From Patescibacteria group bacterium (GTDB taxonomy: Bacteria; Patescibacteriota; Saccharimonadia; Saccharimonadales; 2-12-FULL-41-12), in NCBI GenBank assembly GCA_038064875.1, contig JBBTSC010000001.1:379004-443003 (forward strand): a stretch of 64,000 bases of DNA, read 5' to 3'. The notes beneath the pieces are model-generated. The model ran no database searches. It worked only from the letters and a program-made list of their open reading frames with translations, and was not told the DNA's origin. The position numbers were made by a program, and so were the translations under genes. Each line of letters opens with the position of its first letter. Position 1 is the stretch's first letter. Below are positions 28,619 through 39,684 of this stretch, in pieces.

Positions 28619-30055
28619 TTACTTCTGTAGATTCTCTTGTAAAACCTTTGCTTTGTGAGGACCTATCGCTGCTTCTAGGTCTTCTAAACTTGCAGAATTT
28701 ACTCCCTTGTAGCTACCAAATTTCCTAAGAAGAAGCCGGCGAGTTGATGGGCCAATGCCTGGGATCAAATCAAGACTACTAATAGTATTTCTCTTACGCT
28801 TTAAGGTGCTGTGATAGCTCAGAGCAAATCGATGAGACTCATCCCTCACCCTTTGCAATAATTTGGTAATTTCATTACTAAGACCCAAATTTATAATTTC
28901 GTACTTATATCCCTTTTCGATCTGCTTAGGCACAATTATCTCTTCAAATTGCTTAGCTAGACCTATCAGAGGAACACTAATTTTTAGTTGGTCCAGAGCT
29001 TCGAGCGCGCTCGACACCTGACCCTTACCGCCGTCTATCAAGACCAAATCTGGCATTCCCCAACTCTTAATATTACGCTCACTAAAGCGACGAGTCATCA
29101 CCTCTCTCATATGCGCAAAATCATCATTACCGTGAAGTTTCATCTTATACTTCCTATAACTTGGCTTGTCTGGCATACCAGCTAGAAATACCACATTGCT
29201 CGCAACATTATCTGTGCCACTCATATGACTTATATCAAATCCTTCAATTCTAAGCGGTGGCTTCTCCAGATTCAGCAGATCTTTTAGCCCATTGAGTGCA
29301 TGGTCTCGACTGAGATCAAGCCTCTCGATATCACTAAAAATTGTTTTGTTATCTAGATATTTCAGTGTCGTAAGTTGATTTCGCACTTTTGTTGCTTGTT
29401 CGAATTCATGATTTTTTGCTAGCGCCTTCATTGATTTTTCTAAAGATTTGATCACAGCCACTCGACTGCCTTTTAGATAAGAGATCAAACTACTCAGATT
29501 GTGACGATAGTCTGCTATTGAAGTTATGTTCGCCTCAAGCCCCGGACAAAGCCCGAGCTGAGCCTGCAGACAAGCTCTATTCGGGATTGAGCTGTAGTGG
29601 GTTGAATATGGAAAAGCCCGGCGCAAATATCTCAGAGCTTTATCTACCACGTATTTTGACTGAAATGGCCCAATATACTCAGCACTGTCATCCATCGGTC
29701 TGCGAACCAGCCTCACTGTCGGATGAGATGATTTTTTGTCTATCCTGACATAGATAAAGCTTTTGTCATCACGAAGCAGAATATTGTACTTGGGGCGATA
29801 TCTGCGAATCATCTCAGCTTCCACAAACAGTGCATCTAGCTCTGTAGCAACTTCTAGCCAATCAATATCTTTTATCTCAGCAACGAGCGCATCTGTCTTT
29901 GCATCACGCAGACGGCTTGCCTGAAAATACTGACGCACTCGATTTCGGAGGTTTGCAGCTTTACCAACGTAAATTATCTTGGCTGATTTATCTTTATGAA
30001 AATAAACACCGGGTGTTGTCGGCAAGGTTTTGAGTTTTTCTTCGATGGACTTCAT
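28619..30055 (-). CDS. uvrC: Excinuclease ABC subunit C (compact, 478 aa)
   Basis: GIY-YIG domain (GVYFHKDKSAKIIYVGKAANLRNRVRQYF), UVR motif, endonuclease domain (IEGFDISHMSG) and a C-terminal HhH (IPGIGPSTRRLLLRKFGS). Confidence 0.9.
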   Translation of the reverse strand: MKSIEEKLKTLPTTPGVYFHKDKSAKIIYVGKAANLRNRVRQYFQASRLRDAKTDALVAEIKDIDWLEVATELDALFVEAEMIRRYRPKYNILLRDDKSFIYVRIDKKSSHPTVRLVRRPMDDSAEYIGPFQSKYVVDKALRYLRRAFPYSTHYSSIPNRACLQAQLGLCPGLEANITSIADYRHNLSSLISYLKGSRVAVIKSLEKSMKALAKNHEFEQATKVRNQLTTLKYLDNKTIFSDIERLDLSRDHALNGLKDLLNLEKPPLRIEGFDISHMSGTDNVASNVVFLAGMPDKPSYRKYKMKLHGNDDFAHMREVMTRRFSERNIKSWGMPDLVLIDGGKGQVSSALEALDQLKISVPLIGLAKQFEEIIVPKQIEKGYKYEIINLGLSNEITKLLQRVRDESHRFALSYHSTLKRKRNTISSLDLIPGIGPSTRRLLLRKFGSYKGVNSASLEDLEAAIGPHKAKVLQENLQK

Positions 30056-30066
30056 CTATTGCCTAC

Positions 30067-30966
30067 TTAGGTGGCGCCGATTAGAGATTTCTTTTCGCAA
30101 GTTTTGGTATGAAAGAGTAGTTCAGGATTGGTTTTGCAGTCCTCACAAATCAACACTAAGTCATTACAGCCAACCCACGCACAATTTTCGAAGTTGCTTG
30201 TTTTGCCCTGGCAGTGCGAACACTCACCGATGGTTTTTGCATCTTTAGAGAACTCGACAGTCATTCGATCATCAAAAACTCTTAGACTACCTTCCCAGAG
30301 ACCTTCGTCCTTGTATGCTTCACCGTATTTAACAATTCCGCCATCTATCTGGTAGACCTCTTTAAATCCACGATTCTTCATCAGGCTCGATAGAATTTCA
30401 CAGCGAATCCCCCCTGTACAATAGGTCACAATTGGCTTGTCTTTGATCTCGTCATATTTGCCACTCTCTAGCTCTTTTACAAAATCATGTGTGGTGTTGG
30501 TATCAGGAACAACTGCGTCTTTGAATTTACCAATTTTTGCCTCATGCGCATTACGACCATCAAAGAAAACTACTTCACCTTTTTTCTTCTCAACAAGTTC
30601 GTGCACGGCCTTTGGTTTTAGATGTTTACCACCACCAACTATGCCATTTTCATCAACTTTTACTTCGTCAGGCACACCGAAACTGACAATTTCTTTGCGG
30701 TGCTTTACGCTCAGCCTGGGAAAATCATCTCGCTTGCCGTCACTCCATTTGAAAGCAATTCCTTTGAAAGCCGGGAAAGATTTTGTCTCTTTGACGTATT
30801 TTTTAAGGTCATCAATATCACCACCAAGTGTTCCGTTAATACCGTGACTAGACACCAAGATGCGACCTTTTAAATTTAAAGATCCGGCCAGTGATTTTTG
30901 CCAATATTTAACAGCCTCAGGGTCGCTAAGTGGCGCAAATCGATAGTACAAAATTACCTTCTCCAT
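30067..30966 (-). CDS. trhO: Rhodanese-domain tRNA uridine(34) hydroxylase (YceA/TrhO, UPF0176)
   Basis: N-terminus [13 protein letters not shown], rhodanese active-site loop YCTGGIRCE, and a Cys-rich C-terminus. Confidence 0.8.
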   Translation of the reverse strand: MEKVILYYRFAPLSDPEAVKYWQKSLAGSLNLKGRILVSSHGINGTLGGDIDDLKKYVKETKSFPAFKGIAFKWSDGKRDDFPRLSVKHRKEIVSFGVPDEVKVDENGIVGGGKHLKPKAVHELVEKKKGEVVFFDGRNAHEAKIGKFKDAVVPDTNTTHDFVKELESGKYDEIKDKPIVTYCTGGIRCEILSSLMKNRGFKEVYQIDGGIVKYGEAYKDEGLWEGSLRVFDDRMTVEFSKDAKTIGECSHCQGKTSNFENCAWVGCNDLVLICEDCKTNPELLFHTKTCEKKSLIGAT

Positions 30967-30987
30967 TTACCACCCATTATAGCAAAT

Positions 30988-31016
30988 TTGCAAAGGTGTT
31001 ACTAAGGAGTTATAAT
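30988..31016 (+). promoter_or_regulatory. Sigma70-type promoter (TTGCAA-N17-TATAAT)
   Basis: -35 TTGCAA at 30988-30993, a 17-nt spacer, and -10 TATAAT at 31011-31016. It lies about 170 nt upstream of the ABC exporter start. Confidence 0.6.
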
Positions 31017-31186
31017 TTAGTCTTAAATATTATTAATGGAAAGGACTAAAATGTTAATCCTAGATTTACCGCCCCAAAGAGAAACAACAGGTTCTTTCCT
31101 ATTCTCTTTATAAAATAACACTCGGATAACATAAAATAAACTTCAGAAAGCATTTGCTTTTACTGGTTTTGAAAGGACCAGACACT

Positions 31187-32968
31187 ATGCAAGAACAAAG
31201 AAATAAGCAAGCCTACAAGCTTGCAGTAAAACACTACTGGATCATTACCCTAAAAAACTGGAAAACAAGTTTTTCTAGCATACTACTGACTGGCGTTGGG
31301 ACAGTTCTTAGTTTTTACGTGCCACCACTAATAATTGCTAAAATTCTAGCAACGTACCAAGACAACAATCTGCCTTCGACAGCAGACTTATTGCCATATA
31401 TATTGGGTTTTGGTGGTGCTTGGTTGGCTGGTGAGATTTGTTGGCGAATAGCAATTTTCCTTTTGATCAAAACTGAAACTAGGGGCATGAAACAACTCTA
31501 TATGCAGGCAATGCAGAAAATGATGGAGAAAGATCTGGCTTTTTTCCATAATAACTTTGCTGGATCACTGACCAAAAAAACAAATGGCTATGCGCATCGC
31601 TATGTTGACGTTATGGACACAATGGTTTTTAACGTAGCAGCCAATCTTCTCCCTGTATTCTTTATTAGTTTTATATTATGGAGATTCTCCCCACTGCTGG
31701 TGCTTGGGCTTGTTGGTATGGTAGCTCTTACTATCGCTCTGATCATGCCTTTGATCAAATACCGCGCAAAGCTTGTGGCAGTTAGAGAAATAGCTAGCAA
31801 CAAAGTTTCAGGTCTAGTTGCAGATATATATTCAAACATCGACGCTGTGCGCGCATTTTCACAGGAAAAATTTGAAAATGATCAACACAGGAAAAATGTA
31901 GAGGACTTAACAGTCAAAACTAAAAGATCTTGGGATTTTCATAACCAAAGAATTGATGTAGTCATATCTCCACTATACGTATTAACTAACTTACTTGGTT
32001 TGGTATTGGCAGTCCACATCGCGAGTACGACAAACGCCCAGATAGAAGTTGTCTTTATCACTTTCACTTACTATGTGGGGTTCACCCGCTTTATGTGGGA
32101 ATTTAATAGCTTGTATCGCAGGCTTGAATCTGCTTTTAGTGACGCAGGGCAGTTCACAGAGCTACTACTAGATAATACTAATGTAAAAGATGTTGACAAC
32201 CCTTCCGAGTTCAATGTTAAGAACGGAGCTATTGAATTTAGTGGTGTCAATTTCCACTATCAAGAAAATGAGAAACAAGAACTGTTTGAAGACTTTAGTC
32301 TGTCGATTAAGCCTGGTGAGAAAATTGGGCTTGTTGGACATTCTGGCGGGGGTAAGACAACCCTGACTAAACTACTGCTACGATTTATGGATATAGACTC
32401 TGGAGCTATTTTGATTGATGGTCAAGATATTGCTAAAGTCCGCCAAGAAGACTTAAGAAAACGCATAGCTTACGTCCCGCAAGATCCATACATGTTCCAC
32501 AGGAGCATCACTGAAAATATCAAATACGGCAAACTCGATGCTAGCGACGGTGATGTTAAAAAGGTTGCCATACTCAGTCATAGCGCAGAGTTCATAGACG
32601 ACCTACCAAAGAAATACGACACGCTAATAGGCGAACGTGGGGTCAAACTTTCTGGCGGCCAACGTCAAAGAATCGCTGTAGCTAGAGCGATGATCAAAGA
32701 CGCACCAATACTACTTCTAGATGAAGCCACTAGCGCACTTGATAGTGAATCAGAAAAGTTGATTCAAGACGCTCTGTGGAAATTGATGGAAGGACGCACC
32801 ACCATAGTGATTGCCCACCGTCTCAGTACTATCCAGAAAATGGACCGTATACTTGTACTAGAAAACGGCAAGATCGCGGAACAAGGCTCCCATAAGCAAC
32901 TACTTAAAAATGGCGGGATATACTCTGACCTTTGGCAACACCAATCTGGAGGATTTTTAGAAGACTAG
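31187..32968 (+). CDS. ABC transporter permease/ATPase fusion (type I exporter, MsbA-like)
   Basis: Start ATG at 31187 follows AAAGGA. There are six TM helices. Motifs are Walker A GHSGGGKTT, signature LSGGQRQR and Walker B ILLLDEATS. Confidence 0.88.
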   Translation: MQEQRNKQAYKLAVKHYWIITLKNWKTSFSSILLTGVGTVLSFYVPPLIIAKILATYQDNNLPSTADLLPYILGFGGAWLAGEICWRIAIFLLIKTETRGMKQLYMQAMQKMMEKDLAFFHNNFAGSLTKKTNGYAHRYVDVMDTMVFNVAANLLPVFFISFILWRFSPLLVLGLVGMVALTIALIMPLIKYRAKLVAVREIASNKVSGLVADIYSNIDAVRAFSQEKFENDQHRKNVEDLTVKTKRSWDFHNQRIDVVISPLYVLTNLLGLVLAVHIASTTNAQIEVVFITFTYYVGFTRFMWEFNSLYRRLESAFSDAGQFTELLLDNTNVKDVDNPSEFNVKNGAIEFSGVNFHYQENEKQELFEDFSLSIKPGEKIGLVGHSGGGKTTLTKLLLRFMDIDSGAILIDGQDIAKVRQEDLRKRIAYVPQDPYMFHRSITENIKYGKLDASDGDVKKVAILSHSAEFIDDLPKKYDTLIGERGVKLSGGQRQRIAVARAMIKDAPILLLDEATSALDSESEKLIQDALWKLMEGRTTIVIAHRLSTIQKMDRILVLENGKIAEQGSHKQLLKNGGIYSDLWQHQSGGFLED

Positions 32969-32980
32969 TGGTCTGCTAGA

Positions 32981-33685
32981 TTATTCTTTGCTTTCAGATT
33001 TTGATTCAGCGGACTGTTCAGAAGTTGATTCTTCAGATGATTCACCCTCAGCTGGTTGCTCAGACTCTTCAGTCAATCCATCTGCTTCTGCTTGCTCTGC
33101 AGCAGCTGCATCAGCTTCAGCAATTTGGTCTTTTGGCATTTCAACAATTGCGACGAGCTGATCTGGATCAGTCTTTATGACTACATTTCCTGTAACTTTC
33201 AAATCACCAACTCGGATTTTGTCACCAACTTCTACAAGCACACTTGCATCGACGATAATTTCGTCAATAAGCTCGGACGGGATTGCTTCAACATCAACGT
33301 TATCAAGACTCTTGATAACCTGTAGGCTTGCCTTTTCGGCTGGAATTTCACCACTCAAATGTATTGGTACCTGTGCGGTAACTTTTTCTTTAGCATTAAC
33401 AGCCTGAAAAACAACATGTGTTGGCACAATTCCAACAGGTGGACGTACAACTTCACGAATTAAGGTGTTATAACCTTTTTCTTTGTCTATATTCAGCTTT
33501 ACTGGGTGGTGTTTTCCTGCAGATGAATAGGCTTTTTGAAAATCTTTTGTTGGAACGCTTATATGGATAGACTCTTTGCCGTGGTTTTGGATAACGGCTG
33601 GCGTTAGACCTTCTCTTCGCAGGCTTTTGACCTTTTTACCAAGTAACGTTCTTTTTTCTACAGTTAATTCAATAATTTCTGACAT
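32981..33685 (-). CDS. rplY: 50S ribosomal protein L25 / general stress protein Ctc
   Basis: The internal start at 33685 (MSEIIELTVEKRTLLGKKVKSLRREGLTPAVI) follows GGAG. The C-terminal tail is acidic. The 33-aa N-terminal extension in the track overlaps the divergent gene region. Confidence 0.85.
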   Translation of the reverse strand: MSEIIELTVEKRTLLGKKVKSLRREGLTPAVIQNHGKESIHISVPTKDFQKAYSSAGKHHPVKLNIDKEKGYNTLIREVVRPPVGIVPTHVVFQAVNAKEKVTAQVPIHLSGEIPAEKASLQVIKSLDNVDVEAIPSELIDEIIVDASVLVEVGDKIRVGDLKVTGNVVIKTDPDQLVAIVEMPKDQIAEADAAAAEQAEADGLTEESEQPAEGESSEESTSEQSAESKSESKE

Positions 33686-33751
33686 ATTTTCGTGCTGTCT
33701 CCTTTTTATGCACTTATTATACCACTCTTTGGGGTATAATTGGTCGTATAG

Positions 33752-34339
33752 ATGTTTGGAATTGAAATCACAGAGATTCTTCAAAACGGTGGACTTATTG
33801 TCATCGCGCTAATACTCTTCGCGGAAACAGGTCTGTTAGTCGGATTTTTCTTGCCCGGAGATACTTTGCTTTTAGCTGCTGGGATATTGGTAGCAAGTGG
33901 AACGTTCTCTTTTGCTACACTATTGCCAGTAATTGTTATAAGTACAATTCTTGGGAATATTGTGGGTTATGAGATTGGACATCGCGCAGGCCCTAGGCTA
34001 TTCCAAAAAGAAGACAGCAAAATATTCAGAAAAGAATACCTTGAAAGAGCAGAGCAATTCTACGAAAAGCATGGGGGCAAAACAATATTATTCGCCAGGT
34101 TCATCCCAATAATTCGTACCTTTGCACCAATAGTCGCCGGTATTGGCAAGATGGACAAAAAGCTCTTTAATTTTTATAACATACTAGGTGGTATTGTCTG
34201 GGGTGTTGGGGTAACCTTGATTGGCTATTACTTTGGGTCAAAAATTCCTAACATAGATCACTACATATTGCCTGTGATTTTAACTGTAGTATTACTCAGC
34301 TTTTTATCCCCACTGGCTCACAAAATCATAAGACGCTAG
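33752..34339 (+). CDS. DedA family membrane protein
   Basis: ETGLLVGFFLPGDTLL and ARFIPIIRTFAPIVAG motifs. Confidence 0.85.
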   Translation: MFGIEITEILQNGGLIVIALILFAETGLLVGFFLPGDTLLLAAGILVASGTFSFATLLPVIVISTILGNIVGYEIGHRAGPRLFQKEDSKIFRKEYLERAEQFYEKHGGKTILFARFIPIIRTFAPIVAGIGKMDKKLFNFYNILGGIVWGVGVTLIGYYFGSKIPNIDHYILPVILTVVLLSFLSPLAHKIIRR

Positions 34340-34817
34340 CTACTCTGTTGATCTTCTCATCTGTTCCGGCTATGCCATCTGGGCAAAAGTTTTCTATTGC
34401 AAATCTCAACGTTTGTAATTCATCAGTATCCTGAGGTAGTGCATTAAACACCTGGGATCCATTTACAATTATTGGCAGGCCTGTAACTAATTTCGGGTCT
34501 ATTGTCATCACCTGTTCTCCGATTTTCTTTAGTCTGCTGGGAACTATGTCTAATCTATCAGTATACGATTCTATCCTGTGCCGAATTAAGTTTGGCCATG
34601 TTATTTCGGCAACACCCAGCATCTGTGCTGGATAATTTTTTTCGTGTTGTGCTGAATATTCAATGGTGCTCAATAGAAATAATTGGGTAACTAAATTTTT
34701 GGCCTCCGCCTCAGTGCTAAAGCCAAGTTGTACAAATAATTTTTCATATGCAGAGCTAAAAAGTTGCTCTACTTCTTGGGGTTTATCTGATTCTGGAGAA
34801 GATATAATTTGAGCCAT
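34326..34817 (-). CDS. Hypothetical protein
   Basis: 163-aa ORF that fills the gap between uvrA and dedA. No motif recognised. Confidence 0.4.
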   Translation of the reverse strand: MAQIISSPESDKPQEVEQLFSSAYEKLFVQLGFSTEAEAKNLVTQLFLLSTIEYSAQHEKNYPAQMLGVAEITWPNLIRHRIESYTDRLDIVPSRLKKIGEQVMTIDPKLVTGLPIIVNGSQVFNALPQDTDELQTLRFAIENFCPDGIAGTDEKINRVASVL

Positions 34818-34849
34818 ATTAAGTATATTATACCATATTTGTCAATCAT

Positions 34850-37660
34850 TTACAACATTTTCTTGAGGTAATATCCAGTATAGCTATCTTTGTTTTTGGC
34901 AACCTGTTCTGGTGTACCGATGGCGACAACCTGTCCGCCACCTTCCCCGCCTTCAGGTCCCATGTCTATAATATGATCTGCTGATTTAATAACATCCAGA
35001 TTATGCTCGATAACAATCATGCTGTTGCCACTATCGACAAGCTTGTGCAAGATACTTAGTAGCTTTTTGACATCTGCCATGTGAAGTCCAGTTGTGGGTT
35101 CGTCTAGTATATAAAGGGTCTTGCCACTGGCACGACGCGATAGCTCACTGGCAAGTTTGATCCTCTGCGCTTCACCGCCACTCAAGGTTGTGGCTGATTG
35201 CCCAAGCGAGATATAGCCAAGACCCACATCAACAAGAGTCTGCAATTTCCGAGCAATATTAGGTATATTTGTGAAAAATTCTAGGCCCTCTTCGCAGGTC
35301 ATGCCTAGCACATCACTGATATTTTTGCCTTTGTAGGCAATCTCGAGCGCTTCACGGTTATATCTCTTTCCGTGACAGACCTCACAAGGAACATATACGT
35401 CAGGTAAAAAGTGCATTTCAATCTTAATGATTCCATCACCCGCACAGTTTTCACAACGTCCGCCTTTGACATTAAAGCTAAATCTTCCTGCTGAATAGCC
35501 ACGTAGTTTTGCTTCAGGCAATGACGCGAAAAGCTCACGTATTGGGGTGAAAAGTCCTGTGTATGTCGCCGGGTTACTGCGCGGGGTACGACCTATCGGT
35601 GATTGATCGATAATAATCACTTTGTCCAGATTACTGATGCCTTCTATGTCTTTGTGAGCACCGGGAGTTGTATGCGCCCGCATTAATCTAGCGGATAGCT
35701 CTTTAGCCAAAATATCGTTAACGAGACTTGATTTGCCTGAGCCTGATACGCCAGACACAACGATCATCTTGCCAAGCGGAAATTCGGCTGTAACTTCTTT
35801 TAGATTGTTTTCTTTTCCGCCAATAACTGTGATTGATTTCCCGTTACCTAAGCGTCGTTTTTTCGGCACAGCTATGGACTCTTTTCCGCTAAGATATTGC
35901 CCTGTGATACTCGATTTATTCGACTCAATTTGCTGAGGAGTCCCGGATGCAACCACATGCCCACCGTGTGTTCCGGCACCTGGGCCAATATCGAGCACGT
36001 AGTCACTTGATCTTATGGTGTCTTCGTCGTGCTCGACAACTATCACGCTGTTACCTAAATCTCTCAAGCGTTTTAATGTGCTGATTAATTTATCGTTATC
36101 CCGCTGATGTAGACCAATACTTGGCTCATCAAGTACATAAAGCACTCCCTGCAGACCGCTTCCGATTTGTGTAGCGAGACGAATCCTCTGGGCTTCCCCA
36201 CCACTAAGACTTCTGGCACTACGAAGGAGATTTAGATAATGCAGACCGACTGACTGCAGGAAAGTTAGCCTTGCTAAGATCTCTTTCATGATTTGTTCTG
36301 AGATAATTATTTCTTCTTTAGAGAATTTGATCGATGCAAAATGTTTAAGTGCATCTGCTATTGAAAGCTGACAAACATCCATGATTGAAAATTTGTCGAT
36401 AGTTATGGCTAGGACTTCCGGCTTGAGCCTTTGTCCTCGGCAACCATGACATGGACGCTCGCGCATGAATCTTTCAATATCTCTGCGCATAAATTCACTA
36501 TCTGTTTCTTTCCAACGTCGCTCTAAATTTGGGATAACTCCTTCATAAGTTGTCTCGAACGACCTCCCGCCAGATAACGAAATGGTGTATTTTTCGTCTC
36601 CAGTTCCATAAAGAATCTTTTCTAGATGATCATCATTAAGCTCTGCTGTGGGCACCTGAACAGAAAATCCATATCGTTCAGCAACAGCGATTATTTTTTT
36701 CATATACCACGCGTCACTACTGACTCTGTTGTACGGACGAATCGCACCTTCTGAAATGGTCAGCTTGCCATTTGGAATGACGAGCTCCGGGTCAACCTCG
36801 AGTCGGCTACCCAAGCCGGTACAGACAGTACATGCACCTGCTGGGGAGTTAAAGCTGAAAGTCCTTGGCTCCAACTCCGGAATAGTCACTTCTGGATGAT
36901 CAACACACGCATATTTTAGACTAAAAACATGATCCTCAGTCTTATCAATATTATGAATCATCAACTTACCGTCAGCTATCTCAAGAGATTGTTCTATACT
37001 CTGTGACAACCTCCCGACATTTTCTTTATCCGCAATTAATCGATCAACTACGATCTGTATATCGTGGCGGATATTTTTGTCCAAATCCGGCCATTCATCA
37101 AAATTATAGACAATACCATCAACTCGCGCTCTAGCAAAACCAGCCTTTTGGTATTGCTCTGGTATATGTTCAAATTGGCCTTTTTTGCTAGTAGCTACGG
37201 GAGCGAGGACCAATACTTTTACATCTTTGTTGAGAGAACATACCTGATCAACGATAGCCTGCACTGTTTGCTTTTTGACAGGTTTAGAACAGACTGGACA
37301 GTGGGGTTTGCCAACTCTTGCATACAGCAAACGAAGATAGTCATATATTTCGGTGACGGTTGCTACGGTACTTCTGGGGTTTCTACTGGTTGATTTTTGG
37401 TCAATAGAAATAGCCGGAGAAAGACCATCAATCTGATCAACGTCTGGCTTTTCCATAACACCAAGAAATTGTCGAGCGTATGCGCTCAAAGACTCAACAT
37501 AGCGACGTTGTCCTTCCGCATATATTGTGTCAAATGCCAGTGAGGATTTTCCTGAACCACTCAGTCCAGTTATGACGACTAACTTATCGCGCGGTATCTC
37601 CACATCGATGTTTTTTAGGTTGTGCTCCCTGGCACCAACTACTTTAATTACTGAACTCAT
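34850..37660 (-). CDS. uvrA: Excinuclease ABC subunit A
   Basis: True start at ATG 37660 ([59 protein letters not shown]). It has two ABC modules and Zn fingers. The 45-aa upstream extension in the track looks non-coding. Confidence 0.93.
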   Translation of the reverse strand: MSSVIKVVGAREHNLKNIDVEIPRDKLVVITGLSGSGKSSLAFDTIYAEGQRRYVESLSAYARQFLGVMEKPDVDQIDGLSPAISIDQKSTSRNPRSTVATVTEIYDYLRLLYARVGKPHCPVCSKPVKKQTVQAIVDQVCSLNKDVKVLVLAPVATSKKGQFEHIPEQYQKAGFARARVDGIVYNFDEWPDLDKNIRHDIQIVVDRLIADKENVGRLSQSIEQSLEIADGKLMIHNIDKTEDHVFSLKYACVDHPEVTIPELEPRTFSFNSPAGACTVCTGLGSRLEVDPELVIPNGKLTISEGAIRPYNRVSSDAWYMKKIIAVAERYGFSVQVPTAELNDDHLEKILYGTGDEKYTISLSGGRSFETTYEGVIPNLERRWKETDSEFMRRDIERFMRERPCHGCRGQRLKPEVLAITIDKFSIMDVCQLSIADALKHFASIKFSKEEIIISEQIMKEILARLTFLQSVGLHYLNLLRSARSLSGGEAQRIRLATQIGSGLQGVLYVLDEPSIGLHQRDNDKLISTLKRLRDLGNSVIVVEHDEDTIRSSDYVLDIGPGAGTHGGHVVASGTPQQIESNKSSITGQYLSGKESIAVPKKRRLGNGKSITVIGGKENNLKEVTAEFPLGKMIVVSGVSGSGKSSLVNDILAKELSARLMRAHTTPGAHKDIEGISNLDKVIIIDQSPIGRTPRSNPATYTGLFTPIRELFASLPEAKLRGYSAGRFSFNVKGGRCENCAGDGIIKIEMHFLPDVYVPCEVCHGKRYNREALEIAYKGKNISDVLGMTCEEGLEFFTNIPNIARKLQTLVDVGLGYISLGQSATTLSGGEAQRIKLASELSRRASGKTLYILDEPTTGLHMADVKKLLSILHKLVDSGNSMIVIEHNLDVIKSADHIIDMGPEGGEGGGQVVAIGTPEQVAKNKDSYTGYYLKKML

Positions 37661-37692
37661 ATAACGTACCATTATAGCAAAAAATACCCTCG

Positions 37693-38010
37693 ATGTCGAT
37701 GAGTTATAATAGAGGAACAATGAAGAAATCAGCAGGAATAATATTTTTTGACACATTAGGAGTACTGGCAATTCTCTTAGGGCTGATACTTTCACCTCTG
37801 CCTGGACCTTGGACTATACCACTATATATTATCGGGTTAAGCCTATTTGCAAAAAATCACCACTGGGCAAAACGAATCTTTGAATATGTAAAAGAGAAAA
37901 GTGACGAGCTAATACCTAAGAAATATATAAAGCCATTAATTGCTCTAGGCTTTATTCTAGTCATACTCATCACTATCCTAAGTGTAGTTATATATAGTTC
38001 GTTTAAATAA
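37693..38010 (+). CDS. Small membrane protein (PGPGW-like motif LPGPW)
   Basis: About three TM helices. An alternative start at ATG 37720 (MKKSAG...) follows GAGGA. Confidence 0.45.
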   Translation: MSMSYNRGTMKKSAGIIFFDTLGVLAILLGLILSPLPGPWTIPLYIIGLSLFAKNHHWAKRIFEYVKEKSDELIPKKYIKPLIALGFILVILITILSVVIYSSFK

Positions 38011-38015
38011 CTTTA

Positions 38016-38043
38016 TTGACTTTTTTACAAAAATCTGTATAAT
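38016..38043 (+). promoter_or_regulatory. Sigma70-type promoter (TTGACT-N16-TATAAT)
   Basis: -35 TTGACT at 38016-38021 and -10 TATAAT at 38038-38043. GGGAG then lies 6 nt before ATG 38069. Confidence 0.55.
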
Positions 38044-38068
38044 CTGATTCAGCTAACGGGAGTCTTTT

Positions 38069-38260
38069 ATGCTAGAATTCATCGTTCTGGGTCAAATACC
38101 AGGACTTCACTATACTATTACCTTCACAACTGTTTTATTTATTTTAGTCAGTTTATGTGGCGCCTACTGCTACCAAACTGTTAAAAATAAATACAAGGAC
38201 CTAAAGAGATTAAGTTCACGAAGACTTATCTACTATTTCAACCCAGAGGGTCAGGCATAA
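38069..38260 (+). CDS. Small hydrophobic protein (63 aa)
   Basis: It has its own near-consensus promoter and RBS, and one TM helix (ITFTTVLFILVSLCGAYCY). Its 3' end overlaps the sbcB 3' end convergently by 23 nt. Confidence 0.45.
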   Translation: MLEFIVLGQIPGLHYTITFTTVLFILVSLCGAYCYQTVKNKYKDLKRLSSRRLIYYFNPEGQA

Positions 38261-39677
38261 TACTTTCTGCCCAAAGCACCAGCTCATCAAGTAAATACTT
38301 CTGATCTTTGTTTAAAGATTCTTGTTTTTTAGCCTCAATATATTTCATGTACTGAACCATTCGGCTCTCACTCTGACCGCCAAGCAAATATTCGGTCCGA
38401 TACTTTTCCCAAACTTCACGCTCATGATCATCTAGATACTTCTGGTAATTCCTTGCTTTGTACAGTGGAGCCATAGTTTTAAGCCTTGAATCTTTTAAAG
38501 ACTGAGTGGAGCGTGTGATCTCTTCTGGAGCGGATTCGCGGATTTTGGGAAATAGCTTTTTATCTGTGTCTGATATAAAGCCATCGTAAAGTTTTGCGTC
38601 AACTACAGTAGGAGTAGACTTAAATTTTTCTTCTCTCTCTTTATTTACTAATTCAAGCATTTGCTCTAGCTTTGAAAAAAACTCTTTATCCTCTAGGAGC
38701 TTTTTATGATTTCTATCTATCTGCGTCAAGTCAAGATTCAATCTCTTTGCTGAATCTTTATCGAGCACGCTCATCGGAGCAATTGCAGGACAACGATTTG
38801 GTTGCAAGCTTTTTATTGGCAACCTGATAAGTTCTGAATCTTTACTATATCTCCATCTTTCAGCCAGTTCTTTTGGAGTTAATTTGGTGAACTCATATGG
38901 GTCATAACGAAGATCGTAGACTAAAACACCACCTAGATTGTCAGGATGTGGCCCAAGATTTAAGACAACTGCAGTTTTTTCAGACTCTGAAGGGTATTTT
39001 CCTGAAGAGTAAACAAACATTTTGTTTTTTGATAGAAAATCTTGAACTTGTTTTTTTGTCCGCAGATTGAGCAAATAATCAAACAACTTCTGCTGTTTGG
39101 TTCGAAGTAAGTCTGCCAAAGCTATCGTTGCCATAACGTCACTGAGAGCATCGTGAGCAGAATGATGATCAAGGTTATTGGCCTTACTGAGAAGTTCTAG
39201 CCTATTGGCAGGCTTGCCATTGTCATCGACTGGCCACTTAATTCCTTCTGGACGAAGTGCTCGTGTCATCCGAGACAGATCGAGCAAATCCCATCTGCTT
39301 TTGCCATCTTTCCACTGCCATTCATATGAATCATAAAAATTACGAAAGAATAGAAATCTCATGAATTCATCGTCAAATCGAATACTATTAAAGCCGAGGA
39401 AAATCGTTCCTGGTTTTGATATCTCGCTGTCAAATATCTTTATGAACTCAGCTTCACTAATTCCTTCCTCGACAGTCTTTTGAGGGGTGATCCCTGTAAG
39501 CAATACTGCGTCAACACCTGGGATACGATCACTTGTCATGGTTATAAAATAATTGATTGGCTCACCGATCGGCTTGAGATTCATATCTGTGCGCTGTCCG
39601 GCAAATTGCATTATTCTGTCTTCTCTAGCACTAAAGCCACTGGTCTCAAGATCGTAGAAGAAAAATGTCTCAGTCAT
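38238..39677 (-). CDS. sbcB: Exodeoxyribonuclease I
   Basis: DEDD exonuclease motifs FFFYDLETSG, GFNSIRFDDEF and HSAHDALSD. The length (479 aa) and C-terminal domain fit ExoI. Confidence 0.85.
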   Translation of the reverse strand: MTETFFFYDLETSGFSAREDRIMQFAGQRTDMNLKPIGEPINYFITMTSDRIPGVDAVLLTGITPQKTVEEGISEAEFIKIFDSEISKPGTIFLGFNSIRFDDEFMRFLFFRNFYDSYEWQWKDGKSRWDLLDLSRMTRALRPEGIKWPVDDNGKPANRLELLSKANNLDHHSAHDALSDVMATIALADLLRTKQQKLFDYLLNLRTKKQVQDFLSKNKMFVYSSGKYPSESEKTAVVLNLGPHPDNLGGVLVYDLRYDPYEFTKLTPKELAERWRYSKDSELIRLPIKSLQPNRCPAIAPMSVLDKDSAKRLNLDLTQIDRNHKKLLEDKEFFSKLEQMLELVNKEREEKFKSTPTVVDAKLYDGFISDTDKKLFPKIRESAPEEITRSTQSLKDSRLKTMAPLYKARNYQKYLDDHEREVWEKYRTEYLLGGQSESRMVQYMKYIEAKKQESLNKDQKYLLDELVLWAESIMPDPLG

Positions 39678-39684
39678 GGACTAA

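Noticed and set aside
31036-31113. 25-aa leader mini-ORF (MERTKMLILDLPPQRETTGSFLFSL) and hairpin AAAGAGAA...TTCTCTTT (31076-31109) in the ABC exporter leader.
   Set aside because: There is no Shine-Dalgarno before the ATG and no T-tract after the hairpin. Evidence is insufficient for a leader-peptide attenuator.
37661-37795. N-terminal extensions given by the ORF track for uvrA (45 aa), rplY (33 aa, 33686-33784), the ABC exporter (11 aa), the SBP (16 aa) and the DUF360 protein (11 aa).
   Set aside because: The extensions are hydrophobic or odd sequence not found in these families. They overlap neighbouring genes or promoters. Internal ATGs with an RBS give the canonical family N-termini.
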